Positions 1-13,076 are shown, counted from the whole stretch's first letter. The stretch is 63,724 bases of DNA, filler included, from Octopus bimaculoides (GCF_001194135.2; 7 parts of 5 records of this genome joined end to end with filler, not necessarily neighbours in it), one strand, 5' to 3'. Notes: a model not told the origin generated them from the sequence alone. Translations and numbers: made by a program.

Positions 1-78
1 AAAAAAAAAAAAATTAACACCAAATATACAGTGCGTGTGTTTTTATTGGCTAAACTGGCAATATGACCATCCCCAAGT

Positions 79-109
<31 letters not shown>

Positions 110-730
110 AGCATTTATGTATATATGTATGAATGTGTGCGTATATTTGTATGTATGTATGTAAAACCTTACAACCAGTTATAGTCTGTCTCCCATCAAA
201 CCTAGTAGTAATTAATGTTGTCAGTTTTATTGTTATTCATTTAATCATTTGAATGCTTCTGTAACCGTATTTCTTATACACTCTATATGTTTAATTTAAT
301 TTTAAAAACAATGAAAAATTGGCAGGGATTTAGTAAAATACCAAATTGTTATTTATTGATGTAACAAACTAACGACTGGAACCTAAATTAACAAGATTGA
401 TAATAACATTATTGTCATCATCATCATCATCATCGTCGTCGTCGTCGTCATCGTCATCGTTGTTGTCATTGTCATCATCATCATCATCATCATCACCGTC
501 ATCATATCATCACCCTCTTCATCATTAATGTAAATAAGGAAAGCTTAAAGCTAGCTCATCAGATCTCCAGAGCATAATAGCTACACCAACAATTCATGGA
601 CACTCTATATTATACTTCTTTGTAACCTATTATTCAGTGAATTGATAACTGATTCCATACTGGGAGAGCCACATGATTCTCTGAATTCACATCATATATC
701 ACTTATTTATATATGTATATNNNNNNNNNN

Positions 731-1189
731 TCATCATCATCGTTTAACGTCCGCTTTCCTTGCTAGCATGAGTTGGACGATTTGACTGAGGACTGGTGAA
801 CCAGATGGCTACACCAGGCTCCAATCTGATTTGGCAGAGTTTCGACAGCTGGATGCCCATCCTAAAGCCAACCACTCTGAGAGTGTAGTGGGTGCTTTTA
901 CGTCCCACTGGCACAAAGGCCAGTCAGGAGGTACTGGCAATGGCCACACTCAAAATGGTGTATTTTTCGTGCCACCTGCACAGGAGCCAGTCCAGCGGCA
1001 CTGGCAACGACCTCACTCAAAATGTCTTTTCACGTACCACCGGCACAAATGCCAGGAAGGCGACGCTGGTAACAATCACACTCAAATGGTGCTATTTACA
1101 TGCCACTGGCATGGAAGCCAGACAGTTGCTCTGGCAACGATCACACTCAGACGGTGCTCTTAGCGCTCCACTGGTACAGGTGCCATCAC
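731..1189 (-). mobile_element. 5'-truncated RTE 3'-UTR copy with ~65-bp internal tandem units
   Basis: Same tail as the element at 36856 ((TCA)n GTTTAACGTCCGC...GGATGCCC...), plus about 4.5 internal units. Confidence 0.85.
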
Positions 1190-1365
1190 AATATATATAT
1201 ATATATATATATGTAGTTGGACTGAATATTTTTGTGAGGTGATGTTTATGCATTTCATCAAAATCTACATATATGGTGCTAGTAAATTTAAAAGGTAACA
1301 TACTGCAATTTGAATTGAGTAGTAAATCAAAAATATGGCTCAAAGCTTTTTTTTGCAACCAAAAA

Positions 1366-1527
1366 GTGCAGGAGTGGCTGTGTGGTAACTAGCTTGCTAA
1401 TCAACCACATGGTTCCGAGTTTAGTGCCACTACGTGGCACCTTGGGCAAGTGTCTTCTACTATAGTCTCGAGCCAACCAAAGCCTTGTGAGTGGATTTGG
1501 TAGATAGAAACTGAAAGAACCCCGTCG

Positions 1528-1560
<33 letters not shown>

Positions 1561-1610
1561 TTGTGTTTGTCCCCCCAACATCGCTTGACAACTGATGCTG
1601 GTGTATTTTA
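1366..1610 (+). mobile_element. SINE family A, 5' half
   Basis: Head, CORE-like domain and microsatellite; truncated afterwards. Confidence 0.85.
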
Positions 1611-1699
1611 CCCAAGCTTTGACAATTTTGCCAATGTCCTGCCCTATACTAAATATTTTTTAACAAGGCATATGGCAACAAAAAGTTAAAGAAGAGTGG

Positions 1700-1870
1700 A
1701 AGCAGTCAGTTATATCCACCCCAGGACTTGATTGGCTGATGTATTATTTTATCAGTTGTAAAAGGACAAAAAACAAAGTTAGCCCCAATGAGATTTGAAC
1801 TCAGAAACTAAAGCACCATAAATACATACTGCAAGGCAATTTATTTGGTGTTGTAATGATTCGGCCAATT
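1700..1870 (-). mobile_element. SINE family B, highly degenerate
   Basis: Remnants such as GAGATTTGAACTCAG and TTATTTTATCAG. Confidence 0.4.
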
Positions 1871-2614
1871 CACACTTCTATGAAAGATTTTATTCCCATT
1901 TTGATGTCTAGATTCATACATCTTCATAACATTGTTTCATTTATTGTTCTGGTTATGTCTTCGGTTACATTCCACAGTAAATGAGTTTAAAGTGAAATAA
2001 TTGAATTTGTATTTTATGTTAAACATTTCAATTACGTCTTTGATATTCATTGTTAAGGGTATTAAAAGCATAACAGTTGAAAACGTATCATAAAGAGCTC
2101 GAATGAAATGCTTTCTATTCTATCATAGAAAGCATTTTATTTAATGCACTGATGATTTTTTTGCCTATAATAACGTGTATCAAGGGTAGTAATTATAAAT
2201 AAATTGAAAAATAAATCCCAGTAAACTTAAGCAATATTCCCTAAACAGTAAGAATATTATTACAGTTATTTACAAATTGACAGCCTTACAGTTCTGGACT
2301 TAATACAGAGCTTCATAATTTTAGAATGGAATATGCCACAATTAGACAGCAGGGACAACCTCTATGAATGAATTACACCCCCTCCACACACACACATACA
2401 TTATATATATATATATGTGTATGTATGTATGTATATATATNNNNNNNNNNNNNNNNNNNNNNNNNNNNNNNNNNNNNNNNNNNNNNNNNNNNNNNNNNNN
2501 NNNNNNNNNNNNNNNNNNNNNNNNNNNNNNNNNNNNNNNNNNNNNNATATATATATATATATATATATATGTATATCTATCTATCTATCTATCTATCTAT
2601 CTACCTATATATGT

Positions 2615-2656
<42 letters not shown>

Positions 2657-4189
2657 TATGATGGATATGATGGAAGAAATCATATCTCATGCTAGAGAAT
2701 AGATGATACATTTTTGTAACAATAAACTCTGAGAAGGTTGCTGGGGGACCATAGATTATAGCAAGGCAATTTTAGAGGAGGCAGTTAATAATGGTTGTTC
2801 ATTACCTTTCAAAGTGAACTGAAAGTCTGTTCTATGGCAACTGTGGAATATTATGGAAATGGCGATAGTAAATCAATCAAGAGTGTAGCAACTAAATTCC
2901 TTGTGTTAGATTCTCCAACAAATAAAATCCAAAGATAATAATTCCTTGTATTTATTCCTAACATCTTGCACCATTATCGATGTCCTTGAATGTCAATAAT
3001 GTTGTTTTTTTTCTTTTTACAGTGTTATATGCAGTGTTTGCTTGAAAGGAATTAAATGTCTGGACATAAAAGGATTCTATATTAGTCTTTAATATGATAT
3101 TAAAGTGATTTGTTTCAATTTCTTTTAGTTGGCAAAGGCAAAGGGTATACCCCAGGGTATTTTAATTCTGATGTAACCAGATGTGGTTTTTAATGAATGC
3201 CTTTATCTGTTAATTTCTGATTTGGGAATATTGGTTCATTGTACAATAGATATAACCATACTCTCTGTATTCAGATATCATTTTCTATATAATTCTGCAA
3301 TATTTTATTCAATAAGAGAGCATTGTAAATTGCTTGATGTATGGTAATGAGTATATGATATAAATTCTTCTAAAACCCTCGAAGCAATGCAGGTAAGAAG
3401 TTATAGAAAATATGTAATATGATGCCAATGAACAAAAGCAAAGAGATTATTGGATTACCTTACATAGATTGTTTAATGCTTCTATTATATTTCGGGAAAG
3501 ACTACCCTTATCAAATATGTTCTTTATATGTTGCACTATCAAATCCCTTTTTACATTTATAACCAAGAGCAGAGCGGCACTCATGGTTCTTTATTTCTCA
3601 GGACCTATAAGACTAGTAGAAAGGAAGTAGGACTGAATACTCATATCAGGGATCTGACCAAAGACCTTGCAAGAAGAGGGAACTCTGCTAAGACCATTGA
3701 AGAACACACAATGTAAATAGTTAGAACAAATACCACAGGGTATCTTGCTTGCCACTCTTTTACTTCCATTAATCCACTTTCCTGCATTGTTACTTTATTT
3801 AATGACCTCAGAAAGCTGAAAGACAAAGATGACTCTGGTAGAATTTCAACTCAAAACTTAAAGAATCTGATCAAATTAAAACAAAGTAGTAATGTTTATA
3901 TGCCAACATAATGTGGCAGTCCTGTATAGGAAGATGTTGTTGTTGTTTTAGACTCAGGAAAAGATCAAAGCTCTAACAACTCGGCCAATTTCTCAAGTTA
4001 TACCTTTCTAATCAAATGCATTTTTGTTTTTAAATTTTCTCAAACATATTCTCTCATCATAGTTTTGTTTTCCGTGGTTGAAAGAGATGACATGGATATT
4101 AATGTTACTTTTATGATTGTTATTATTATTTCTTTTATTTATTTCTTTATTTCCCACAGGGGGGGGGGTAAACATAGAGGGGACAAACA

Positions 4190-4374
4190 AGGACAGGCAC
4201 AGGGATTAAGTCGATTACATCAACCCCAGTGCGTAACTGGTACTTATTTAATCAACCCTGAAAGGATGAAAGGCAAAGTCAACCTTGGCGGAATATGAAC
4301 TCAGAATGTAAAGACAGACGAAATACTGGTAAGCATTTCAGCCGGTGTGCTAACGATTCTGCGAGCTCATCGCC
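4190..4374 (-). mobile_element. SINE family B (tRNA-derived head, TTTCATCCTTTCGGGGTCGATAAAATAAGTACCAG central domain)
   Basis: Head GGCGATGAGCTCGCAGAATCGTTAGC, B-box-like GAGTTCATATTCC, conserved central domain. Confidence 0.8.
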
Positions 4375-4513
4375 TTATTATTTCTTTTATTAGCCACAGG
4401 GACAGAAGTGAAGGGGACATTATAGGGACAGAAAACAATTTGTGTGGGGATTTACATAAACAATAGGGAGAAAGAAATGAAAAAGATGGTGAAATGGGAT
4501 AAAAATATACATA

Positions 4514-4571
<58 letters not shown>

Positions 4572-4583
4572 GTGTGTATGTGA

Positions 4584-4792
4584 TTGTGTGTCTGTGTTTG
4601 TCTCCCCAACATCGCTTGGAAACTGATATTGGTGTGTTTACGTCCCCGTAACTTAGCGGTTCGGCATAAGAGACCAATAGAATAAGTACTAGGCATCCAA
4701 AGAATAAGTCCTGGGGTTGATTTTCTCGACTAAAGGCAGTGCTTCAGCATGGCCATAGTCAAATGACTGAAACAAGTAAAAGAGTAAGAGTA
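4584..4792 (+). mobile_element. SINE family A, 3' half
   Basis: Begins after (TA)n/(TG)n and carries a complete tail. Confidence 0.85.
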
Positions 4793-4849
4793 TAGTAGAC
4801 AAAATCTGTGGTAATATGAATGATGCAGTCCTCCTGATACAGAAGAAAG

Positions 4850-5290
4850 TCCAACTAGAGCCAAACACGGATTACCCTGATCACCAAAGACATGAAACCT
4901 CTTCCCTGATTTCCTATCTACAGGCACATGTTTAGAGCCAAACACGGATTACCCTGATCACCAAAGACATGAAGCCTCTTCCCTGATTTCCTATCTACAG
5001 GCACATGTTTAGAGTAGGGCCATTTATTCTAACCATTTTTGCCACCCATTTTTCACAAATTCAATGGGAGGTAGCATGCTCCTCTTCACCCTCAATTTCC
5101 TTCCCAAAAAGAACTTTAAAAAGTCAATGAGAGCTTGATCGAAGGGGAAGGTTCTTTTCCTCAATCCTTTCAGCCTTGTCCACCATACATTCTCTTTTGC
5201 CAAAGCCACTAAACAGAGAATCACCATTTTCCCTGCTTTGTTAAATGGGGGTGGTGGGACATTCCTCATCATTGATTCAACCAGGAGTTA
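4850..5290 (-). mobile_element. L1/Tx1-like LINE 3' fragment (ORF2 C-terminus and 3' UTR)
   Basis: LVALAKENVWWTRLKG...ALIDFLKFFLGRKLRVKR...FVKNGW resembles Tx1-like ORF2 ends and is homologous to 16330-16720. Confidence 0.65.
4856..5014. repeat. 77-bp tandem duplication
   Basis: TAGAGCCAAACACGG...CAGGCACATGTT occurs twice, nearly identical. Confidence 0.9.
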
Positions 5291-5366
5291 AAATTGTGTT
5301 ACAAGATAACAGCTACTCGACATAACTCCACAAGTCAGCAATACTTATCATCATCAGCATCATCAT

Positions 5367-5948
5367 CATTATTATTATTATTATTATTATCGAGTGAGAG
5401 AGCAGTGCATGCTATCAAAGTGACACTGGGGTAAAATATACGAAGCCCTGCATACCCATCATGACTACCCGTCTGATAAGGGTGCACCAGGCACATGCAT
5501 CACAACCTTATGTGTGTGATATGGTGATCTCATATCAAGATAAACAGCGCATGACCTTGCAAGGGGGGGGGGGGGACCCAGTTAGAATTTTCTTCAGGTC
5601 AAGTAGCCTATCCTGCTCAAAAGGTCCCTGAATAAGGTTTGCTTAAGGATGTTGAGCAAAACACACATGTTTCCAAAGGTGAATTATTCAAACTCCAAAG
5701 AACTCCTCTCGACACATGGCTATGATGCTTCCCCCACTACTTCTGTTCATGATCAGAGATGCACATATCGTCAGCCACCAAGGGACATACTCAACTGGTT
5801 ATGGTCAAACAACTGACAAGCAAATCTGTGGTATTAAGCAGAATATTTGCTGTAGCCCATCTTTTTATACCAGGACAAAACAATATACATGATAACACTT
5901 CCAATCAATTAAGATCAGAAGCCATGAGAGCCACTGCCTGGTACTACA
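5367..5948 (-). mobile_element. Interspersed retroposon family D (~580 bp, (TAA)n tail)
   Basis: Near-identical copies at 16725-17110, 17828-18290 and 46186-46448; the sense strand ends GCATGCACTGCTCTCTCACTC followed by (AAT)n. Confidence 0.8.
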
Positions 5949-6009
5949 ATACAAAAAAACCCATTCAAATACTGAAATCAAAACACAGAGCATCTGAAAA
6001 TAAATACAG

Positions 6010-6430
6010 TAACGAAAGGGTTAGTGGACACTACTATACTAACTTGTTAAGGCAGTTACAAAAGGCTATCAAGACCAAATGCCCAGGAAAACTGACAAAA
6101 ATGTCTTGTTTCATGAGGATAGTGCTCCAGCATACAAATCTTTGGTTCCATTGGCTGCTCAACATGACTATGGCTGTGAACTTGTTGATCAGCCTCCCTG
6201 ATTTAGCTTCATCTGATTATCATCTGTTCCCCAACATGGAAAACATTTGGGTGGGAAGCAGTACCATGGTGATGAGGATGATGTCATATCTGCTGTTGAA
6301 GACCTTTTCGATTGAAGCACTGTAACACCGATGGAAGAAATGTGTGAAGGGGACCATGTTGAAAAATGAATCCCATTTGGTCATATTCCATGAGGGTATC
6401 TTGGTCAGCCTATGAATTTATCAGCTACCC
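6010..6430 (+). pseudogene. Mariner transposase C-terminal relic
   Basis: Across frameshifts: YYTNLLRQLQKAIKTKCPGKLTK / VLFHEDSAPAYKS / PDLASSDYHLFPNM / HRWKKCV..GDHVEK*. Confidence 0.8.
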
Positions 6431-6497
6431 TTATGTGTGTGTGTGTGTGTGTATGTGTGTGTTTGTGCGTTTGTGTGTGTATATACACATATCATGT

Positions 6498-7130
6498 CAT
6501 GATGATGACGACGACGACGACGACGGCGACGATGTTGATGATGATGTTGATGATATGTTGTAGATTTTAATCCCCTAATGATAATGCCACTCCTTCCTCC
6601 CACCGACAAATTTTGTGTCCTTGGAACTATATCATCATGATCATCATTATCATCAGACCCACCACCACCACCACCACTATTGTCACTACCACCTCACACC
6701 TCTCCAATGACACTGCTGTCACCACTATCACTACAACCTCCAGCACCACCACCACCACCACCACCACCAGAACCACTGCCCCACCACCACCATTGCCATC
6801 ATTAACATCAACACCACCACCCCTCACTGCCACCACTACCACCACCACCACCACCACTACCGCCACAACCACCATCATCATCATCATCATAATGGCCTGT
6901 GTCAGCATCATAATTATCAATGTTCTGGCTCTTGGCAAATTATTAGGGTTCCTATGAAGACATCAATTACGATGACGAAGACGATGACGATGATGGTGAT
7001 GATGCTGATGTTGATGATGATGATGATGATGATGATGTTGATGATGATGATGATGATGTTGATATTGTTGATGATGATGACAACGAAGATGATGAAGTGA
7101 TGAAGATGATGATGATGATGATGACAACAA
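6498..7130. repeat. Compound trinucleotide low-complexity region (GAT/GAC/ACC/CAT)
   Basis: Direct reading; this region is the source of the poly-T/H/D/I ORF artefacts. Confidence 0.85.
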
Positions 7131-7599
7131 TAGCTTAAGGCCATGAATATGAAATAAAAACGAAATAGAGTAAAATAAAATGTATATAAAATAAATATAA
7201 AATAAATATAAAATAAATATATATATATATAATGTGTTGAAAACCGAGTGAGAAGATAGGAACAGTGCATCGTGTTATTGTAGACTTTGAAAGAATTCTC
7301 TTTTGATTGTCAGAGTAGATGAGAAAACTTTGGTTGAATATTGGCACCAGCTTGGCTTGAGGCAATATGGCAGCAACCGATATGGTAATAGAAAGAAAAA
7401 AAGAATAGAAAAAATGAAACAAAGCAAAATGAAGCCAAAAAGAAAAACAAAAAAAAAGACAATGGTGGGAATGAAATGGAAACATAGAGAAAGATAAGAA
7501 TCAATAGAATAATGTCAGGGTCAGAGGAAATATGTTGAGTTGAGGAGATAGTGTTTCGTATTGTCATATGCTGCTGACGTAGGTTCAAATAGAGACAGG

Positions 7600-8250
7600 G
7601 TGGGACCGATGGATATCTTGGAGTACAGGGTTATTGGGATATAGTTTTGGGACATTGTGTAACAGTGTTCAAATATGGAGTGGGAGCTATGGATATCTTG
7701 GAGTACAGGGTTGTTGGGATATAGGTTTGGGATATTGTGTAACAGTGTTCAAATATGGAGTGGGAGCTATGGATATCTTGGAGTACAGGGTTGTTGGGAT
7801 ATAGTTTTGGGACATTACCAACAGTGTTCAAATATGGAATGGGACCTATGTATAGCTTGGAGTACAGGGTTATTGGAACATAGGCTTGGGACATTACCAA
7901 CAGTGCTCAGATATGGAGTGGGACCTATGTATGGCTTGGAGTACTGGGTTATTGGGATATAGTTTTGGGACATTGTGTAACAGAGTTCAGATATGGAGTG
8001 GGACCTATGTATGGCTTGGTGTACAGGGCTATTGGGATATAGGTTTGGGACATTATGAACAGTGTTCAAATATGGAATGGGACCTATGTATGGCTTGGAG
8101 TAAAGGGTTATTGGGATATAGCTTTGGGACATTATGAACAGTGTTCAAATATGGAGTGGGACCTATGTATGGCTTGGAGTACAGAGTTATTGGGATATAG
8201 CTTTGGAACATTACCAACAGTGTTCAAATACGGAAACAGGCCTATGTAAA
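7600..8250. repeat. 80-bp minisatellite, about 8 copies
   Basis: Unit GGGACCTATGTATGGCTTGGAGTACAGGGTTATTGGGATATAG...AACAGTGTTCAAATATGGAGT recurs with period 80 (7611, 7691, 7771...). Confidence 0.92.
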
Positions 8251-9221
8251 GCTTAATTATATACATCATAAGCACCAGCCTTAAAGCAGAAAAATGCTGA
8301 GATCAATTCATTTGACTAAATATTTTTCTCCTCTTAACAGAATGGCATCATCTCCAGCAGCGAATGGTACAGCTCCATTACCAGGCCTTTGTAACCCTGG
8401 TAGTAACCCTAAATATCGGTCCTTAAGCACTCTTTGATTACATTTTATCCTCCTCCTCCTCCTCGTCTTCATCGTCATCATCATCATCATTGTTATTGTC
8501 ATCACCACCATCATCATTATCATCATTATTATTGTCATTATCATAACCATCATCATCATCGTCATCATTTTCATCATTGTCATCATCGTCATCATCATCA
8601 TCATCATCTTCATTGTTATTGTCACCATCATCATCACCAGCAACAGCATTTTACATTTGTTTCATCATGCTAGCAAGCATTGCATGGTTTTTTTCTGAGA
8701 GCACTGGTTTACATCTAGACCCCCTTCTTGCCAACAGCCCTTTTAGTTCCCTTTCACAACATGCACTGATACAGTCCAGAACCTACTCTAGAACTAGGGC
8801 ATTCACTTTTACACGTTATGATAGAAGACTGGTCCCAAGTACCCAAATCCTAGCTCAGTCTCTTTTAGTCAGCTTTTTTATGATATACAGATGTAAAGCT
8901 GGAATGGTCAGTGAGGAATGGAAATGAATTCCATAAGGCATAATTTACCCTTTAGTCAACTGACATATTTGACTGAACTGGTTACAACACCCAGGGTGCA
9001 CTGGATCTGAGGCACTTTAACCAACCAGAAGGGTTGCACTGCAGACAATGGCACAAAATGTAGAAGCAGAAGGGTATCCAGGAGTCATGAACTGAATGGG
9101 ACCCAGCCCCTTTAGAGTGTAAGGAATTAAGGGCTGAACATTTACATGAGTTGGATTTCTTCCTTCTATGGAAACCTTCTGCTGTTCAGCTCTCCCTAGA
9201 GCTACTTACTACAATTAGATA

Positions 9222-9400
9222 TTGGCACTCCGGAAGTTACATCAATGAGGGTTCCGGTTGATCCGATCAATGGAACAACCTACTTGTGAAATAAATGCAC
9301 AAGTGGCTGAACACTTCATCGACACATGTGACCCTTAATGTAGTTTTTAGGGAGATTCAGCATGTGATAAGGCTTGCTACCATTGAATTGCAGGTACAAC
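9222..9400 (-). mobile_element. SINE family C, degenerate 3' part
   Basis: TTGGCACTCC...GTTGATCCGATCAATGGAAC matches 28951-29130. Confidence 0.65.
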
Positions 9401-9986
9401 TAATTTTTGCCAGCTATCGGGTGGCTTTTAAGCTAGCCTCTGCAAAGGGTTCTTGATTGGGCCTTGGGCCCAACAATGACACTTTATGCATTGAGTACAT
9501 ATTAAATTTCATTAAAATTGAACAATATTTTTCAAATAATTAACAGTTTTCATCAAAACCATGACTGCAAGGCTGCATGATAAACAACATTTTTTGAGTT
9601 CCCATTCGGGGTCAGTTCAAATAGCTTGCCATTTAAAAATTCAACAATAATTCTTCTGCTACTACTTAATTTAAAGACAATTTGATATACATGGATCCTT
9701 ACTTTTTGTACAAATAATTATTTCTATCTCATGGGTGACTTTCGCTGAATTTTACAATTTATATTGATTATTCTCAAATTTACTTCCAAGTTATGAAAAT
9801 TGTTATATTAATATGCTAATACCTATGTAGTCATGTATGTATGTACCTGTGGTGTGTGTCACGAGAGAAATGAAACTTGTCAAGCAGAAGAAGTATAGTT
9901 GCAGTAAGAGGCAAAGCGGTGAAGAATAGGGAGTAATAGGGAGTTAAAAGAAATATTGGGAGGGAGTAAGAGGGAGTGAGAATGCA

Positions 9987-10017
<31 letters not shown>

Positions 10018-10828
10018 ATTGATAGCACTGATAGGTAAGAGAAATATATTATGTAAACGCAGGAGAAAGTGGAGAGGCAAGGAGAGAGGAGGGAGGGGAA
10101 AGAGAGAAAGAGATTTAGAGGGATAGATTAAGTGAACGAAAGGAGTGGATAGAGAATGATAGTGAAAGAGAATGAAGCTATTCTCAGAGAGAAAATGCTG
10201 GAAAACTTATCGTTTTGGATGATATATGATAAAGCTATTGTGACAGTTATTATATGTCATTTGAAAGGTATTTGTATAAAATTTCATTAAAAAATACCAA
10301 TTTTCCTGAAAGTTATGAGGCGGAAAATGTCAGGTCGTGTGAATTTTCCAAAACTCTTCTTCCTAGCCCCGCAGAAAAGATTTTTCGAACAAATCTTAAC
10401 ACACACTTAATCAACAAGATCTAAGTTATTTATGGAATTTATGAGGCAACAAAAGTCAGTGGGGTACACATCTGTCGTTATGCCCATAATTATTCGATAG
10501 TTATTAAATGAAGTCACTATTTACAGATGCTTACATTTTTTGTGTTTTCCGTGAAGTTTTCCCAGATCCAGTTAATAAAAATTGTTATTGCATGAAAATA
10601 TCTGTCACAAAAAATCACGTAAAAAAATCATCAAAGACAACCACAGTAACGAAAACTTGAGAATCCAAAATTTCAGGATTGCAGGTTTTGATGCAGCCCA
10701 GAATGTTTTTAATTTACTCACGGAGTCAGCCTGATTCAAAAATGGTATGATATGTTGGACTACAGCATCTAGGAATAAAAGTGTGACACGGTGACACACT
10801 GTCGTTTGCATTTATTATATCAGGTATG

Positions 10829-10984
10829 ACAAGCTTCTCTAAGTTTCCATCTACCAAATCCACTCACAAGTCTTTGGTTGGCCTGAGGCTGTAGGAGAAG
10901 AAACTTGCCCAAGGTGTCATGCAGTGATACTGAACTTGAAAGCATGGTTGGGAAGCAAACTTCTTACCACATTGTTACACCTGT
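10829..10984 (-). mobile_element. SINE family A, 5' fragment (diverged)
   Basis: CTACCAAATCCACTCACAAG...ACTTGCCCAAGGTG. Confidence 0.7.
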
Positions 10985-10989
10985 ATGTA

Positions 10990-11020
<31 letters not shown>

Positions 11021-11114
11021 TGAAGAAAGGCAGATGTATGAAATGGTGCAGCTGAATTGTCAACATACCGAATCTCATACACCACAATTGAGAGGATCCT
11101 TGATGTGGAATTCA

Positions 11115-11214
11115 GGCTATAGTAGAAGACACTTGCCTAAGGTGCCATGCAGTGGGATTGAACCCGGAACCATGTGGTTGGTAAGCAAGCTACTTACCAC
11201 ACAGCCACTCCTGC
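11115..11214 (-). mobile_element. SINE family A, head fragment
   Basis: GGCTATAGTAGAAGACACTTGCC...CACACAGCCACTCCTGC. Confidence 0.8.
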
Positions 11215-11228
11215 TTAACAGTATTTGG

Positions 11229-11389
11229 ACAGTCCTTATGTTCTGAGTTCAAATTCCGCCGAGGTCAACTTTTCCTTTCATCCTTTTGGGGTCGATAAAA
11301 TAAGTACCAGTTGAGTACTGGGGTCAATGTAATTGACTATCAACTAACCCCAAAATTTCAAGCCTTGTGCCTATAGTAGAAAGGATCAT
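11229..11389 (+). mobile_element. SINE family B, 5'-truncated
   Basis: GAGTTCAAATTCCGCCGAGGTC...GTCGATAAAATAAGTACCAG. Confidence 0.8.
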
Positions 11390-11650
11390 TTAAGATGGGA
11401 GGAAGAAATGTTAAGAGCATTTAGCTGCTATTTCTGGCAAATGGACCAATGGTCTCGTACAGGGACTCGCATTAACTTGTTAATTCAGTTTTAAAAATTG
11501 CTCAACTAATACACCTGTGACCATGCTGGAGCTCAGTTTTCTTTATAAATACAGTTATGCCTGTGTAGACATGTATGAAGAGATCAATAGCTTAATTAAG
11601 TAGGAATTTCATGTATCTCTAAATATAGACACACACACACACACAGAACA

Positions 11651-11682
<32 letters not shown>

Positions 11683-11941
11683 TTACTACCACCACCACCA
11701 CCACCACCACCACCACCACCACCAACACATAGTTTACTATTGTTATGTATGGCAAGGGTTAAAAAAATAATGAAAATCCACACATCTATGTTTATATATG
11801 CATTTATGTATGTATGTAGCTATGTATGTGTGTATGTATGCATGCATGTGTGTGTGAGTGTATGTGTATATACATGCGTGTGCGTGTGAGTGTGTTATAC
11901 AGAGATACATAAATACATATACAGCCACATATCTAAGCACA

Positions 11942-11986
<45 letters not shown>

Positions 11987-12719
11987 NNNNNNNNNNNNNN
12001 NNNNNNNNNNNNNNNNNNNNNNNNNNNNNNNNNNNNNNNNNNNNNNNNNNNNNNNNNNNNNNNNNNNNNNNNNNNNNNNNNNNNNNNNNNNNNNNNNNNN
12101 NNNNNNNNNNNNNNNNNNNNNNNNNNNNNNNNNNNNNNNNNNNNNNNNNNNNNNNNNNNNNNNNNNNNNNNNNNNNNNNNNNNNNNNNNNNNNNNNNNNN
12201 NNNNNNNNNNNNNNNNNNNNNNNNNNNNNNNNNNNNNNNNNNNNNNNNNNNNNNNNNNNNNNNNNNNNNNNNNNNNNNNNNNNNNNNNNNNNNNNNNNNN
12301 NNNNNNNNNNNNNNNNNNNNNNNNNNNNNNNNNNNNNNNNNNNNNNNNNNNNNNNNNNNNNNNNNNNNNNNNNNNNNNNNNNNNNNNNNNNNNNNNNNNN
12401 NNNNNNNNNNNNNNNNNNNNNNNNNNNNNNNNNNNNNNNNNNNNNNNNNNNNNNNNNNNNNNNNNNNNNNNNNNNNNNNNNNNNNNNNNNNNNNNNNNNN
12501 NNNNNNNNNNNNNNNNNNNNNNNNNNNNNNNNNNNNNNNNNNNNNNNNNNNNNNNNNNNNNNNNNNNNNNNNNNNNNNNNNNNNNNNNNNNNNNNNNNNN
12601 NNNNNNNNNNNNNNNNNNNNNNNNNNNNNNNNNNNNNNNNNNNNNNNNNNNNNNNNNNNNNNNNNNNNNNNNNNNNNNNNNNNNNNNNNNNNNNNNNNAC
12701 AATAGAACATAATTGTATG

Positions 12720-12887
12720 TATAAATAGATAGACAGACAGATAAACAAATAGACAGACAGACAGATAAACAAATAGACAGACAGATAGATAAACAAATAG
12801 ACAGGTAGACAGACAGATAGATAAACAAATAGACAGGTAGACAGACAGACAGATAAACAAATAGACAGACAGACAGACAGATTGACT

Positions 12888-12945
<58 letters not shown>

Positions 12946-13030
12946 TTGGCAGATAAACGGATATATAAATAGACAGACAGACAGATAGTTAGAATCTAAC
13001 TGCTAGATAAATAGATAGATAGATAGACAT

Positions 13031-13076
<46 letters not shown>
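12720..13076. repeat. Compound (TAGA)n/(CAGA)n microsatellite
   Basis: Direct reading. Confidence 0.9.

Noticed and set aside
785-810. CTGAGGA followed by a CTGG/CCAG hairpin (also near 36912)
   Set aside because: No GAAA or stem III follows, and it is antisense to the RTE tail, so it is not a hammerhead.
891-1180. Regularly spaced repeats as CRISPR array or pistol ribozyme
   Set aside because: Units are wholly homologous (no unique spacers) in a eukaryotic LINE UTR. The pistol-like P1/pseudoknot lacks the P2/P3 arrangement.
2830-3700. Possible decayed Penelope RT/GIY-YIG (FVGES-like word on minus strand)
   Set aside because: Only isolated short words with many stops; not distinguishable from chance by eye.
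5759-6325. 188-aa ORF
   Set aside because: Chance read-through from a family D repeat into a frameshifted mariner relic.
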